Source of the DNA: Sphaerodactylus townsendi
Taxonomy: Eukaryota
Direction: 5' to 3'
Assembly (NCBI RefSeq): GCF_021028975.2
Contig: NC_059439.1
Location: forward strand, 19,902,001 to 19,966,000
DNA: 64,000 bases
How positions within the stretch are numbered: position 1 is the first letter of the stretch; each line of letters starts with the position of its first letter. The notes beneath the pieces were generated by a model. It ran no database searches and had not been told where the DNA came from. It saw only the letters and a list, made by a program, of their open reading frames with translations. Positions 36,083-48,601 of the stretch are shown one piece after another. Made by a program: the position numbers and the translations under genes.

Positions 36083-36397
36083 AGGAGCAGCAGTGGCGTA
36101 GGAGATTAAGAGCAGGTGCATTCTGATCTGGAGGAACCGGGTTTGATTCCCCGCTCTGCCGCTGAACTGTGGAGGCTTATCTGGGGGAATTCAGATTAGC
36201 CTGTGCACTCCCATGCACACCAGCTGGGTGACCTTGGGCTAGTCACAGCTCTACAGAGCTCTCTCAGCCCCACCTACATCACAGGGTGTTTGTTGTGATG
36301 GGGGAAGGGCAAGGAGATTGTAAGCCACTTTGAGTCTCCTACAGGAGAGAAAGGGGAGATATAAATCCAAACTCTTCTTCTTCTTCTTCCTCTTCTT
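36083..36397 (+). mobile_element. Squam3-like SINE
   Basis: Full-length copy with (CTT)n tail. Confidence 0.82.
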
Positions 36398-36533
36398 GAA
36401 CCATGCCCTCCTTAGGTTCCATCCTAAAATCTCCAGCAATTTTAGAGTTGGCAACCCTAAATATATATGTGGCTCTCAGCCTATGACATGAGCATGCTTT
36501 CAAGGCTTTAAGGAATTTGACTCATACTTGGAG

Positions 36534-37470
36534 CTACAGAGATGGCATTTGGGGGGGATTGAGCACTCGTTTCACAGCCTCCTTCATTTCTTTGTTCCTC
36601 AGGCAGTAGATGATGGGGTTCAACATTGGAGTCACCACATTGTAAAGCACAGAAGCCAGAGTATCTAAATACGCAGGGTAACTAGAGCCAGGTCGGTTAT
36701 AATTAAACATGCCACTGCTGAAAAACAAGGTGACCACCGTAAGATGGGAAGCGCAGGTGGAGAAGGCTTTGCGGCGGCCCTGGGATGTGCGGATCCTCAA
36801 GACCGCTGAGACAATATGAATGTAGGAAACCATGATGCAGAGGAAAGGGCTAACCCCAAGCAGCATCGTTACTACTACCAATGTGATTTGGTTGAGGAAA
36901 GTATCTGCACAAGACAGCTTGAGCAGCTGGGGGACATCGCAGAACACATGGGTCCAGATTGTGAGAGGCACAGAAGGGCACGAGACAAGTCATGGCGGTA
37001 TGCAGCACTGAGTTGAGGAGGCCACAAGTCCACGAGGCCCCCACCAACTGGGCGCATAGCGTTCGGTTCATGAGGAGGGTGTACGTGAGGGGATGGCAGA
37101 TGGCGACGTATCGGTCGTACGCCATCACGGCCAGAAGAAGGCACTCCACTCCCACAAAGGCCACCAGGAAGTAAAGCTGGACCAGGCAGCCCTGGAAGGA
37201 AATGGTCTTTGACTCGGCCAACAAGTTTTTCAGCACGTGGGGCAGAGTGACAGAGGTGTAGCACATGTCCAGGAAGGAGAGATGCCGAATGAAGTAGTAC
37301 ATGGGCGTGTGGAAGCTGGAATCCAGAAAAGCCGTGGCCAGGATGAGGCCGTTTCCAAACAAGGTGGTGACGTACATGGTCAGGAACAAGACGAAGAACA
37401 GAGCATGGGGCTCGGGGAAATGGGAGAACCCCAAGAAGACGAATTCTCTCACAGCCGTTTGATTTGCCAT
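36534..37470 (-). pseudogene. Olfactory receptor, OR5V1-like, with a single 1-bp frameshift
   Basis: ORFs 36850-37536 and 36534-36971 join into a full OR if one extra G near 36951 is removed (acacatgggtccag, where the paralog implies acacatggtccag). No other lesion seen, so a sequencing error is possible. Confidence 0.85.
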
Positions 37471-37915
37471 CCGCTCCAACAAGGATCGCATCTTGCATCT
37501 GAAACAGGGAAGAGGGTTAGAAAACACAGGGGACAATTTGCGCTTAACTCTCTAGGACATTTTGTCTGCCTGCATTAATTAATTAATTTTTGTGTTATCG
37601 TTGGTATATGATTCAGACATAACGCACACAATTCTCCAGCCACCGCACAAACAGTGATATTGATTTTCACTATCAAAAGTGATTCACATGAATAATGTTC
37701 TGTGAGAACAGTGAATAGGGATCCATCCTCCAGGTGTAGCCTGGGAATCCCTTGGAATGAGAACTCATCTCCACACTACAGATATCCATTCTTCTGAAGC
37801 AAAGGGGTGCTTTGGGGATGCCTTTTGCCCAGCTGAGTTCTCCTCCAAATTTCCGGAAAATTCTCCACCTCCAAATTTCCGGAAAATTCCCAACCTGGAT
37901 CTGGCAACCTTACCC

Positions 37916-38494
37916 CAGAGGTGGGATCCAGCAGGTTCTCACCAGTTCCCGAGAGTGGGTTACTAATTATTTGTGTGTGCCGAGAGGGGGTTCCTAATTG
38001 GGTCTGCTTTTCCGTTAGAAATTCCATTAGGTCCAAAAATCATAAAGTCCTGTTGTTCCCTATGTGGCTGGTTAGCGAAGGTAGAAAACGGGATAATTCT
38101 CCCTGTTGGGCTGTTTTCAAAACATGTTTTAGTAATATGGCAAAGTTCCTTGTTTAAGGAAAGTATCCTTCTTTTGATTTCTAGAAACAAAATTAAGTAT
38201 TTGAAAGTATTAAGTCAGGCAGTCAATTAGAGGAGAAGTCGTTGTTTCTGTTGGCAGTAGACGATAGGACTTGCTATAATGAGTTTAAATTATGGGCAGA
38301 AAGATACCAGCTGGAAATTAGGAACTTTTTTTTACAGTAAGTTTTTTACAATAACAGAGAAATTATTAATGCCCCGCCCCCGGAATGCCCGGCCACGCCC
38401 CGTCGTGCCCCGCCTAGCCCCATTGGCGCTACGCCACTGTTTGAATCCCACCACCATGGGAACCCGTTACTAAAATTTTTGGTTCCCACCACAG
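37916..38494 (+). mobile_element. hAT-type MITE (CAGAGGTGGGATCC family)
   Basis: Perfect TSD ccttaccc; reverse-complement relative at 58577-59161. Confidence 0.9.
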
Positions 38495-40262
38495 CCTTAC
38501 CCCCTTTCCCTGCCAAAGGACTGGCACCCCTAATACTGAGGATTTAATCTGCATAGTATTTCTGGCTGGATCCAGCTACCCTTCTCGCTAGGCATGGAGC
38601 CACTGTGTTGTAGTGGTTAAGAGCGGCAGACTAATCTGGTGAACTGGATTTATTTCCCTGCTCCTACACCCAAAGCCTCTGGGGTGACCTTGGGCTACTC
38701 AGTTCTCTCAGAGCTCTCTCAGCCCCACAAGGTGTCTGATGTGAGAAGAGGAAGGGAAGGAGTTCCTAACTCCCTCTGAGTCTCCTTGCGGCTGATGAAA
38801 GCAGAGTAAGCATCCTTATTGCAAGGGCATGGATGAGACTGAGGCGAAGTTGGTTCCCCCAAGCCTCAGGTACTGCAAAGCTGAGCAGATTTATAACTAA
38901 GCTCCTTGATTTCAGTTGGTTTAAGACTGGAGTAACTCTGGATAGGATTGAGCTGCTGCTTTGGAACCATATCTAACTCAAAAGAGTAATCAGTCCCATG
39001 CAGATTCACTCCCAACTGTTGATAGGCAACGTGCCATTCACACAATCTAGGTGTAGGGAGACACATGAAACGTGCTGGGTGAACCTTGGGGTACTTACAG
39101 TTCTCTCGGAACTCTCTCAGCCTCACCTACCTCTCAAGGTGTCCCTTGCGGGGAGAGGAAAGGAGTTTGCAAGCCACCTTGAGTCTCTTTACAGGAAAAA
39201 AAGGCGGGGAATAAATCCAAACTCTCCTTCTTTGAGTTAGCAAAGTATAAAAGTAATGCCATACTAAGTAACATTTGTGAGGTGTGGGATGTGCCAAGAC
39301 TGTAGCCCCTTGAGTAAGTGAAAAAGGACAGTTGCTTGTTAAGACCTAAGATACTGATGAATGCTAATTCAGGGTTTTTCCTGTTGGATTCTCCCTTTGA
39401 AGTTCAGTAGGGAAAAGTGTGACAATTTTTATTGTTTCCCATGACCCATTAGAAAGGAAAAGTAGAGCAGAGTCGTCAGGAAGTGAGTTCCTTCCATGTA
39501 TATTTGCTCCGGCTTGCAATCTGCATTTGCCTGCCCTTTGTCTGCCTACTTCTGCTGCATGTCTGCCTTTTCTTCTGGGTATCTCTCTCTTGATCCTTCT
39601 GAATCGTTTTCTTTCTTTTACTCACCCATGGCTGGCTTATCATAGCTGGCTTCCCTTCTACCACTCACTGCCTTTCTTTCCTTGTGCTTCCCCAACCCCG
39701 CTTCACCCCATCAGACAGACTGAACCAGTCAAAAACACTCACCCCTTTAGCATCTAAGGAGACTTGTTGCAAACCATGGTTCTTTGTGATTGCTCAGCAG
39801 AGTCAACGGGTTGGAGCACACCAGCTTTTCCACCTGCAATAGAGGGGGAAGCCCCCCCCCCCTTTTCACCACCGAGAAGGCTATGAAGGGAATCTTGGCA
39901 CACACACAGACAAGTCACACAGGACTAGCATGGCAGTGAAGGGTGGAATCAGGCAAGATCAAGCGGAAAAGTTGATAGGGTCCAAATTTAGGTGAATGAA
40001 ATTCAAAACCATCCTCTGTTCCTCAACATTCCTGCTAGCTTTTTTCACTCAACGGTCTCGCCCAGTTCTCGTCCTTTCTGCACCCTCTATCCTACCTGGC
40101 ATTTGTCCGTGCAGATCCTGTGATCCACACAGCACAGCTTTTTGGGGGAGTCAAATGAGACCGCCTCCCTTTTTGACTAACAGAAAAATGGGCTGGATCC
40201 AACCCACGTTCTTGTAATTTCAACGCAAGCAGACTTTGCACATAAATAGATGCTGAGACCTT

Positions 40263-40481
40263 NNNNNNNNNNNNNNNNNNNNNNNNNNNNNNNNNNNNNN
40301 NNNNNNNNNNNNNNNNNNNNNNNNNNNNNNNNNNNNNNNNNNNNNNNNNNNNNNNNNNNNNNNNNNNNNNNNNNNNNNNNNNNNNNNNNNNNNNNNNNNN
40401 NNNNNNNNNNNNNNNNNNNNNNNNNNNNNNNNNNNNNNNNNNNNNNNNNNNNNNNNNNNNNNNNNNNNNNNNNNNNNNNNN
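40263..40481. other. Assembly gap
   Basis: Run of N. Confidence 1.
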
Positions 40482-41424
40482 AGAAATTCCATGAGAAAAA
40501 TATATTTACCAGAGAATCTCACAAAGATAAAGCGTCGGTAGTATATTTTCCACACGATGCATCCTCTACCTCAGATGAATAAATCCATGTATATTTAAAT
40601 TGTCATTTGCATCCAGATTGCCTGCAACTTTTAATAATTGTGTGAGAGAGACTATATAAACCTCTCTTGGCACCAGTGGGATCATTAAGTAATTCTCTAC
40701 CCAATAGCAAGATTGTTTTTTGTTTTCCTGAAAAAAAGAGAAATTCCTTGATTTGGACCCAGAAGGTTTTCTAGTTTGCTTCACTAAGCCAACGGCATGG
40801 TCTTCCATAACATGAGAATGCCATACATTGCTTTAACATAGAAGCATCTGTCTTTCCAAATGATTTTTTTCTGAGTAACACTTATAGGAGTCACCAGGAA
40901 CCCTATAATAAAATGGGAAAATAGGGTTGCTGTTGAGAGATCTCCCACCAAAGTGGAGGATGTGGAACTCTTAGCTGTATGCTTTGTTATGTGTTTTATT
41001 CTGTACCCACATTTTGTTGGGCCACAAGACTGAACCCTAAGCTAGAGTTTTACCTCAGTTCAAAGAGCCAAAAGCCGCAAGCGGTACAAATGGAGGATTG
41101 CGAAAAAAATATTTATTTATTTATTTAAAACATTTGCTGCTTTCCCGCCAAATTTAAGGTCCCCCCAGGCGTCAAACATTAAACTATTTCAAATATTAGA
41201 ACATTTATGATGTTGAAACCCATTTTCATAATAAATATATATTACATTAATATAACAAGTATAAATATAAACACATACGTAACCCTGCGGGTTTGGCTCT
41301 CTATTGGACCTTGAGGGGGGAAAGGCATTTTATCCCTAAAGGAGAGCAGTAGAAAAGGCCTGAGAGAAAGGACAATGCACAGGAAAAAGAGTTCTGAGGA
41401 GAAAAAAGGAGACAAAAGTCATCT

Positions 41425-41660
41425 GTTGGTTCTGGTGGGTTTTCCGGGCTGTGTGGCTGTGGTCTGGTGGATCTTGTTCCTAACATTTCACCTGCATCCC
41501 TGTTACACAGTGTGTAACAGATTTCCCTCTGTGATACACCTCTGAAGATGCCAGCCACAGATGCAGGCGAAACATTAGGAACAAGATCCACCAGACCACG
41601 GCCACACAGCCCGGAAAACCCACCAGAACCAGTTGAATCCGGCCGTGAAAGCCTTTGTCA
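41425..41660. mobile_element. Penelope-like inverted termini (second subfamily) with a variant hammerhead at 41539-41579
   Basis: Palindromic arms ggttctggtgggttttccggg.../...cccggaaaacccaccagaacc; cctCTGAAGAtgcc...ggcGAAACattagg. Confidence 0.72.
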
Positions 41661-41852
41661 AAAAATCATCTGTGTTCACGGGCAGAGAAAAGAGTGACCT
41701 GAAGGAACCTCAAGAGAGCTGCAGACTCAAAGATCTGCAGCAATACAAAAATGCCTCAAGAGCAGAAGGGGACCTGTTATCCCCAGAGGCCTTCTTCCTG
41801 CTAGCTGCCACTTCCTGCCTCTCTCTTTTACTTCCATGAGTGCACTATGTGA

Positions 41853-42092
41853 CAGTGGTGTAGCAAGAGGGGGATGCGGGAGGGCTGGTGCCCCGGGTGG
41901 CACTTCCTTGAGGGCACATTGCAGGACCGTGCCTCCCCTCGCATCTGCGCTCCAGCAGGGGCTCAGTTGAATGCCAAAAAGTGGGGCTTGGCTCGCCCAA
42001 TCTCCACGTGGAGAATCGGGAGTGGGGCAAAGCTGGGGGGGGGGAGTTCTCAGTGTTAGCCACAGGTGCCGTTTTATAAAGCTACACCCCTG
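41853..42092. mobile_element. MITE (CAGTGGTGTAGC family)
   Basis: TIRs CAGTGGTGTAGC / GCTACACCCCTG; TSD degenerate. Confidence 0.6.
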
Positions 42093-42133
42093 ACATGTGC
42101 TCTCGGCATCTCTCTCCATCCTCGCTTAGATAG

Positions 42134-42733
42134 TGTCATGGGCTCAGAGTCAGCCAGCCAGGAGTCCTCTGATGAGGAGCACTGGCAGTAGGACCCCACT
42201 GTGCTGGAGTCCCAGTCAACTGGGCCTCAAGCACAGCCAGAAGTCTCATAGGATGTAGAGCTGGCCCAAGTCAAGAGTTGGAAGCCAGAGTGCTTGCAGA
42301 AGCACCTCCAGCTACTGAGGGCCAACCTAGCAGTCCACCCAGCTCACCTGAGTCTGTAAGACAACTGAGGATTTGCACCCAGCAGGAACTGCACTCTATA
42401 AGGCGCAGTGCACACTTGGAAGCCCTAATCACAGAAAATGCTGTGAGTCAGCTCAGGATTAAGACTGAGACACAACACAGGCATATAAGAAACTGGGAAG
42501 TGGAAGTTGCAGGAGCAACCTTGTTGAACGCCTGACAGTTTTCTGCCACACCCGCTTGCAGACCGATTCCTTGGACTGGATTGCCTGACTTGACCTCGCT
42601 TGGACCCTTGACTGCCTCTTACCAGACCTACTTGGACTCTGTTTCTCTGGACTCAGAGCAAGACTGCTCTCTCCCTTTCTTGCTTCTGTGCCTGCTATTG
42701 GCTGGGACCTGACTCTCCGGGTGGGCAAAGACA
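42134..42733 (+). mobile_element. Probable solo LTR
   Basis: TGTCA...AGACA ends and a TATAA-like box near 42484; no clean TSD. Confidence 0.45.
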
Positions 42734-42996
42734 AAGCAGAAGTTTAAAAAACAATAGAGGAACACAAATGATGATGGAGAAACCACAGGCCTGGTGGAAC
42801 AGCTCTGTCTTGCAGGCCCTGCGGAACCGTGTCAGGCCCTGCAACTCACAGCTAATATCAGAGAAGTCAGAGGTCAGAAGCTGAAGATGGAGGAAAGGAG
42901 GGGATCCTGAAAGAAAACAGGCCAGTCACTGTACCTCTTGCAAGATCCTGTGTGGTAAAGAGATCGTTACGAAAAGGTACCGCTGTCAGACTCTGA

Positions 42997-43510
42997 GGTC
43001 GATTCCGCACTTGGGTTATCGACCTAAGTTCGAGCTGCGTTCGACCTAAGTGCTCCGCACAACCACTGGGATTGACGTGGTTTTGTACCAGCTTCGCCCT
43101 GTGTAACGGTCAAATTTCCGACTCCAGTTGGGAACTACTACTTTTTCAGGGAACCACGCTCGAACTCAGCTCGATTCCAGGAAAGTGCAGAATCTCTGGT
43201 GCCAGGAGTCCCCCATTCAGCCAATCACAGCTGAGTGTTTCGGGCATGCGTACAGCTGGCCAATCAAAAAACACCATCTTCGTTCCTTCATTCCTGTGGC
43301 AGTTTTTTTTATAACATGTGTGGGGATAGACGGAACATGGCCATAGAACAGTAGCCAATCGGAACGGAGCAGCAAAGAGGCACAGGATGATTCCGCCCTC
43401 CGAGCTGGGATCAAGCTGGTTGCAGTGGGGAACAACAATGGCTTCGACCTAGGTTAGTACCCTTCTCAGGGAACTGGGTCGAACCTATTTTACTCGTGTG
43501 CGGAATCGCC
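42997..43510. mobile_element. MITE, probably PIF/Harbinger-type
   Basis: TIRs GGTCGATTCCGCAC / GTGCGGAATCGCC; flanks tga/tca; CpG-rich, suggesting a young element. Confidence 0.65.
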
Positions 43511-45148
43511 TCATCAGTGATTTTAGAAGAACCTGTTCTGGCAGATATGTGGACTAATAGTTCTTCTGCAAGTGTTCAAGGTTACATGAGAACAGGGTTC
43601 AAATTAAGAATTCAGCTTGGTAAGATATTGTGCTGGGATACTGTGTTGTCATTGCTAAGGTATGGTTAGAATGGATAAACACCTTTGAAAATGGCTGCTC
43701 CATCAGCAATCATGGAAGATAGATTAACCAAGTATTATCTCCGAACCAAACCATACCTAACTTAAATCTGTTTCACTTAACTTTAAAATTCATTTTCATC
43801 CAATTAGAAAAATCCTCTTCTTCACTTCAGCTTTCACAACTGTAGGTAGGTACCCAATCATTATTATAATCCTGTACAAAATATTTTACCCAGTCTTCCA
43901 ATCTAGTTTAAATTCATTAATATGTTTGTCCAAAATATATCCATTCCATTTTGCCAATCTTACACATTCGATAACTTTGATTTGCCATTCATGTATGTTT
44001 TCTTTTTTCTTTATACAGAAAATGATTAATTGGAAGAACTAATTCTATCATATTAAATCAAACAGTGTCCACATTTATTGCATTATGTAAGACCATATTA
44101 TGCCGGGTTTAGCTGAGCTAACTGAAATCTTCTGGGTCCAATTCAAGAAACTTGATTTATCAGGAAAAAGAAAACAAAACAGCTTACTGAGCTGAGAATA
44201 CTGCAACTATCCCTGGGTGAATCAACCCCAGGAGTACAAAGATATGTTTATATAGTCTGTTTCTCACTTCAACAATGGAGACGGGAGTATTTTTTAAAAA
44301 AAATATGACAATCAGAATACAAAATAACTATTGAAATATACATGGATTTATTCATTTGGTGTGAAGCGGCATGCAGGACGCATTGTATAAAAAATACAAA
44401 ATGGATACTGCATCATTGTGAGATTCTTTGGTAACACATTTCTGTAATGCAATTTCTTCTCTACCGTCCTATCTGCCTGTCCATCTCTGTCTTTCTCTGT
44501 TCTGCATAATTTTGTCGTTTCCATTTGGAATCAAAGGTCCCTGCGCACAAAATCGGCTGTAATTGCTGCTACAATGCTGTGGATTGGATCCAAACAGGTT
44601 TTCTGCTGGTGAAAAAGTCAGAGGGGTGGTCCACTTTGACCACTCAAAAAGGCTATGATCTACAGATCGAGGGCATGAACAGAGCATGAACAAAAGTCAG
44701 GTGGGGTGGCAGAAAGAAGAAAGGGAATTGGATGAGTTTGAGTGAAAAGGCTCTGTGAAGCGAACCCAGCTTTGCAAAGGGATGAATTGGCAGAAATGTT
44801 GATGAATAGATCATAATTCTGAGGTTTTTGTATACTGGTTGGATCCTACCAGCTTTTGTGCTTGATGTTCCCTAATTCTCCACCTCTCTGCAAGCCTGAT
44901 CCTGTTTGATTTTTCTCTCAATAGCTTCCCCAATTTCCTTTACAGCTTTTGCAGTGGCCAAAAGGGGTCTTTCTTCCTTCGGTCACTACTGGTAGGCTGC
45001 AACCCTTTCAGATGCCGTGGTGTGGCATCGTTTGTTCGTGACCGGAATGTGAAAGGAACTCTGCCCACACACCACGGGAGTGAATGTCTGTTGGAAGGTT
45101 TTCACATGGAGCTGTCCGCAAGGTTCAGATGCCGAACTGCAGCATTGT

Positions 45149-46674
45149 CCTTCCATATGAGGAGAGGCTGCAGCGTTTGGGACTCTTGAGTTTGGAGAGG
45201 AGGCGGCTGAGGGGGGATATGATTGAAGTCTACAAAATTATGCATGGGGTAGAAAATGTTGACAGAGAGAAATTTTTCTCTCTTTCTCACAATACTAGAA
45301 CCAGGGGGCATACATTGAAAATGCTGGGGGGAAGAATTAGAACTAATAAAAGGAAACACTTCTTCACGCAACGTGTGACTGGTGTTTGGAATATGCTGCC
45401 ACAGGAGGTGGTGATGGCCACTAACCTGGATAGCTTTAAAAGGGGCTTGGACAGATTTATGGAGGAGAAGTCGATCTATGGCTACCAATCTTGATCCTCC
45501 TTGATCTGAGATTGCAAATGCCTTAACAGACCAGGTGATCGGGAGCAACAGCCGCAGAAGGCCATAAGAACATAAGAACAAGCCAGCTGGATCAGACCAA
45601 AGTCCATCTAGTCCAGCTCTCTGCTACTCGCAGTGGCCCACCAGGTGCCTTTGGGAGCTCACATGTAGGATGTGAACGCAATGGCCTTCTGCGGCTGTTG
45701 CTCTCGATCACCTGGTCTGTTAAGGCATTTGCAATCTCAGATCAAGGAGGATCAAGATTGGTAGCCATAAATCGACTTCTCCTCCATAAATCTGTCCAAG
45801 CCCCTTTTAAAGCTATCCAGGTTAGTGGCCATCACCACCTCCTGTGGCAGCATATTCCAAACACCAATCACGTTAGCGTGAAGAAGTGTTTCCTTTTATT
45901 AGTCCTAATTCTTCCCCCCAGCATTTTCAATGAATGCCCCCTGGTTCTAGTATTGTGAGAAAGAGAGAAAAATTTCTCTCTGTCAACATTTTCTACCCCA
46001 TGCATAATTTTGTAGACTTCAATCATATCCCCCCTCAGCCGCCTCCTCTCCAAACTAAAGAGTCCCAAACGCTGCAGCCTCTCCTCATAGGGAAGGTGCT
46101 CCAGTCCCTCAATCATCCTTGTTGCCCTTCGCTGCACTTTTTCTATCTCCTCAATATCCTTTTTGAGATGGGGCGACCAGAACTGGACACAGTATTCCAA
46201 GTGCGGTCGCACCACTGCTTTATATAAGGGCATGGCAATCTTTGCAGTTTTATTCCCAATTCCTTTCCTAATTATCCCCAGCATAGAGTTTGCCTTTTTT
46301 ACAGCTGCCATGCATTGAGTTGACATTCCCATGCAACTATCAACTAAGACGCCTAAATCCCTTTCCTGGTCTGTGACTGATAGCACTGACCCCTGTAGCG
46401 TGTTTGTGAAGTTTGGATTTTTTGCCCCTATGTGCATCACTTTACATTTTGCTACATTGAACTGCATTTGCCATTTCTGAGCCCACTCACCTAATTTATC
46501 AAGGTCCGCTTGGAGCTCTTCGCAATCCTTTGTGGTTCTCACCACCCTACATTGCATTCACATCCTGCATGTGAGCTCCCAAAGGCACCTGGTGGGCCAC
46601 TGCGAGTAGCAGAGAGCTGGACTAGATGGACTCTGGTCTGATCCAACTGGCTTGTTCTTATGTTCTTATGTTCT
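45149..46674 (+). mobile_element. CR1 LINE 3' fragment (45149-45565 plus 46553-46674) split by the antisense CR1
   Basis: ORF 45084-45494 encodes the CR1 ORF2 C-terminus. The 3' UTR resumes at 46553 and ends in (TTCTTATG)n. Confidence 0.9.
45563..46552 (-). mobile_element. CR1 LINE, 5'-truncated (RT C-terminus and 3' UTR)
   Basis: ORF 45868-46557 has LQADLDKLGEWAQKWQMQFNVAKCKVMH, RPHLEYCVQFWSP and LERRRLRGDMIEVYKI. (ATAAGAAC)n tail at 45564-45579. Confidence 0.95.
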
Positions 46675-47279
46675 TGTTTTCTTCATTGGTTTGAGATCAG
46701 AGAAACGATGAGGAAAACACACCAAGGCAATAAATGGAAAATAATGTCTGAAAGCGTGGAGGAAAATTGCAGCAGTAGAGCACCCAAACTGCAGGAAAGC
46801 CTCAAAAGGCCCCTTCCACTACACAGAATAATGCACTTTCAATCCACTTTCGCAATTGTTTGCAAGTGGATTTGGCTATTCCACACAGTTAAATCCAGCT
46901 TCAAAGTGCATTGAAAGTGGACTGAAAGTGCATTATTCCACATGTGCGGAAGGGGCCACTGTCGGTCTCATAGGAGTGACCTAGGCTAACTCTGCTCAAG
47001 ATAAGCCCTCAGCAAACCACCATTGCCTCAGTTTCTCCCACATCCCCACCCATTTATATGGAAATAATGATGGTTACCAACATTACAGGGCTGTTGCAAT
47101 GATAACTGAAATAAAGCATTCATATTACTGCTTTTGCTACCATTTCTGGCTGAAATGGCTGAAATGCTAAGTGGGTTTTGTCCCCAGCATCCCTGCAAGA
47201 TGTTATTCAGTTGCACTGCATTTTGGTAGATGAAATTCATATTTACTTGTTGTGTGCTTGCAGGAGAATTGCATGTCTA

Positions 47280-47819
47280 CCCCAGGGGGCATTCATTGAA
47301 AATGCTGGGGGGAAGAATTAGGACTAATAAAAGGAAACACTTCTTCATACAATGTGTGATTGGTGTTTGGAATATGCTCACATAGGAAAAGGGGGTGCAA
47401 TAGTAAATATTAATAATAATAGAACTACCACTACTGTTGCACTCTGGCTATAACTAATATTTCAAATATAGATATATGCATTTGAAATATTAGTTATAGT
47501 CAGAGTGCAACAGTAGTGGTAGTTTGGAATATGCTGCCACAGGAGGTGGTGATGGCCACTAACCTGGATAGCTTTAAAAAGGGCTTGGACAGTTTTATGG
47601 AGGAGAAGTCAATCTATGGCTACCAATCTTGATCCTCCTCAATTTCAGATTGCAAATGCCTTAACAGACCAGGTGCTCGGGAGCAGCAGCAGCAGCAGAA
47701 GGCCATTGCGTTCACAGCCTGCATGTGAGCTCCCAAAAGTACCTGGTGGGCCACTGCGAGTAGCAGAGTGCTGGACTAGATGGACTCTGGTCTGATCCAG
47801 CTGGCTTGTTCTTATGTTC
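47280..47819 (+). mobile_element. CR1 3' fragment interrupted by a hairpin insertion
   Basis: Same 3' sequence as 45300-45565 and 46553-46670. Confidence 0.88.
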
Positions 47820-48255
47820 ACGTTGGTGGCCAATTCAAATGCCTGTGGGTTGGATCCAGCTGATTTTTCTATCAATAAAAAGGGGGGAGAGGGGAGCAAA
47901 AAAAACTATGCTGAGGATCATGGGACCTGTGTGGAAGAAAGCAATACAAGATGGGACCGTCGTACAGAGGGGAACTAGACAAGATATAGTGGGAAGGTTA
48001 ACTGGATTCAACCGACTGTCACAATAGAGAAAATGCAGGCAGGGAAGGGAAGAAAAAAATCCAAAATATCATAAGGTAAGTCCCAGGTTCAAATGGACAA
48101 ATATTCCCGTTTCATTATCACTTTGAATATACATTCAATAGATTGTTCATTAAAACAAACAATGGCTTTTTAAAAAGTTTGATTAAGAGTTCTTTCAACA
48201 TCTAAGATCCAGTCTCCAGGGCTGCATTAAAAATGTAGCCACTTTCCCCATAAGG

Positions 48256-48448
48256 TAGTGGTTCTCAACCTTCCTAATGCCACAACCCTTTAATATAGTT
48301 CCTCATGTTGTGGTGACCCCCAACCCTAACATTTATCCATTTTAAAGATGGAGAACACTGATGCAGAGAGTCTTAGGCGACCCCTGTGAAAGGGCCATTC
48401 GACCCCCCCCCCCAAAAGGGGTCCTGACCCCCAGGTTGAGAACCACTG
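48256..48448 (+). mobile_element. hAT MITE (CAGTGGTTCTCAACC family)
   Basis: TSD ccataagg; inverted relative at 57371-57516. Confidence 0.85.
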
Positions 48449-48601
48449 CCATAAGGTGTACAATTCCTCAGAAAAAGTAAACAAACGTTCTACCGATAGC
48501 CTGTTACCAGAGACACGAGTGACCCTATTGCAAAATTGTCCCTCTTTGTTTTCTAACCCTTTCCCCCATTCAGACGCAAGACATGATCTTTGTTAGAGCG
48601 G

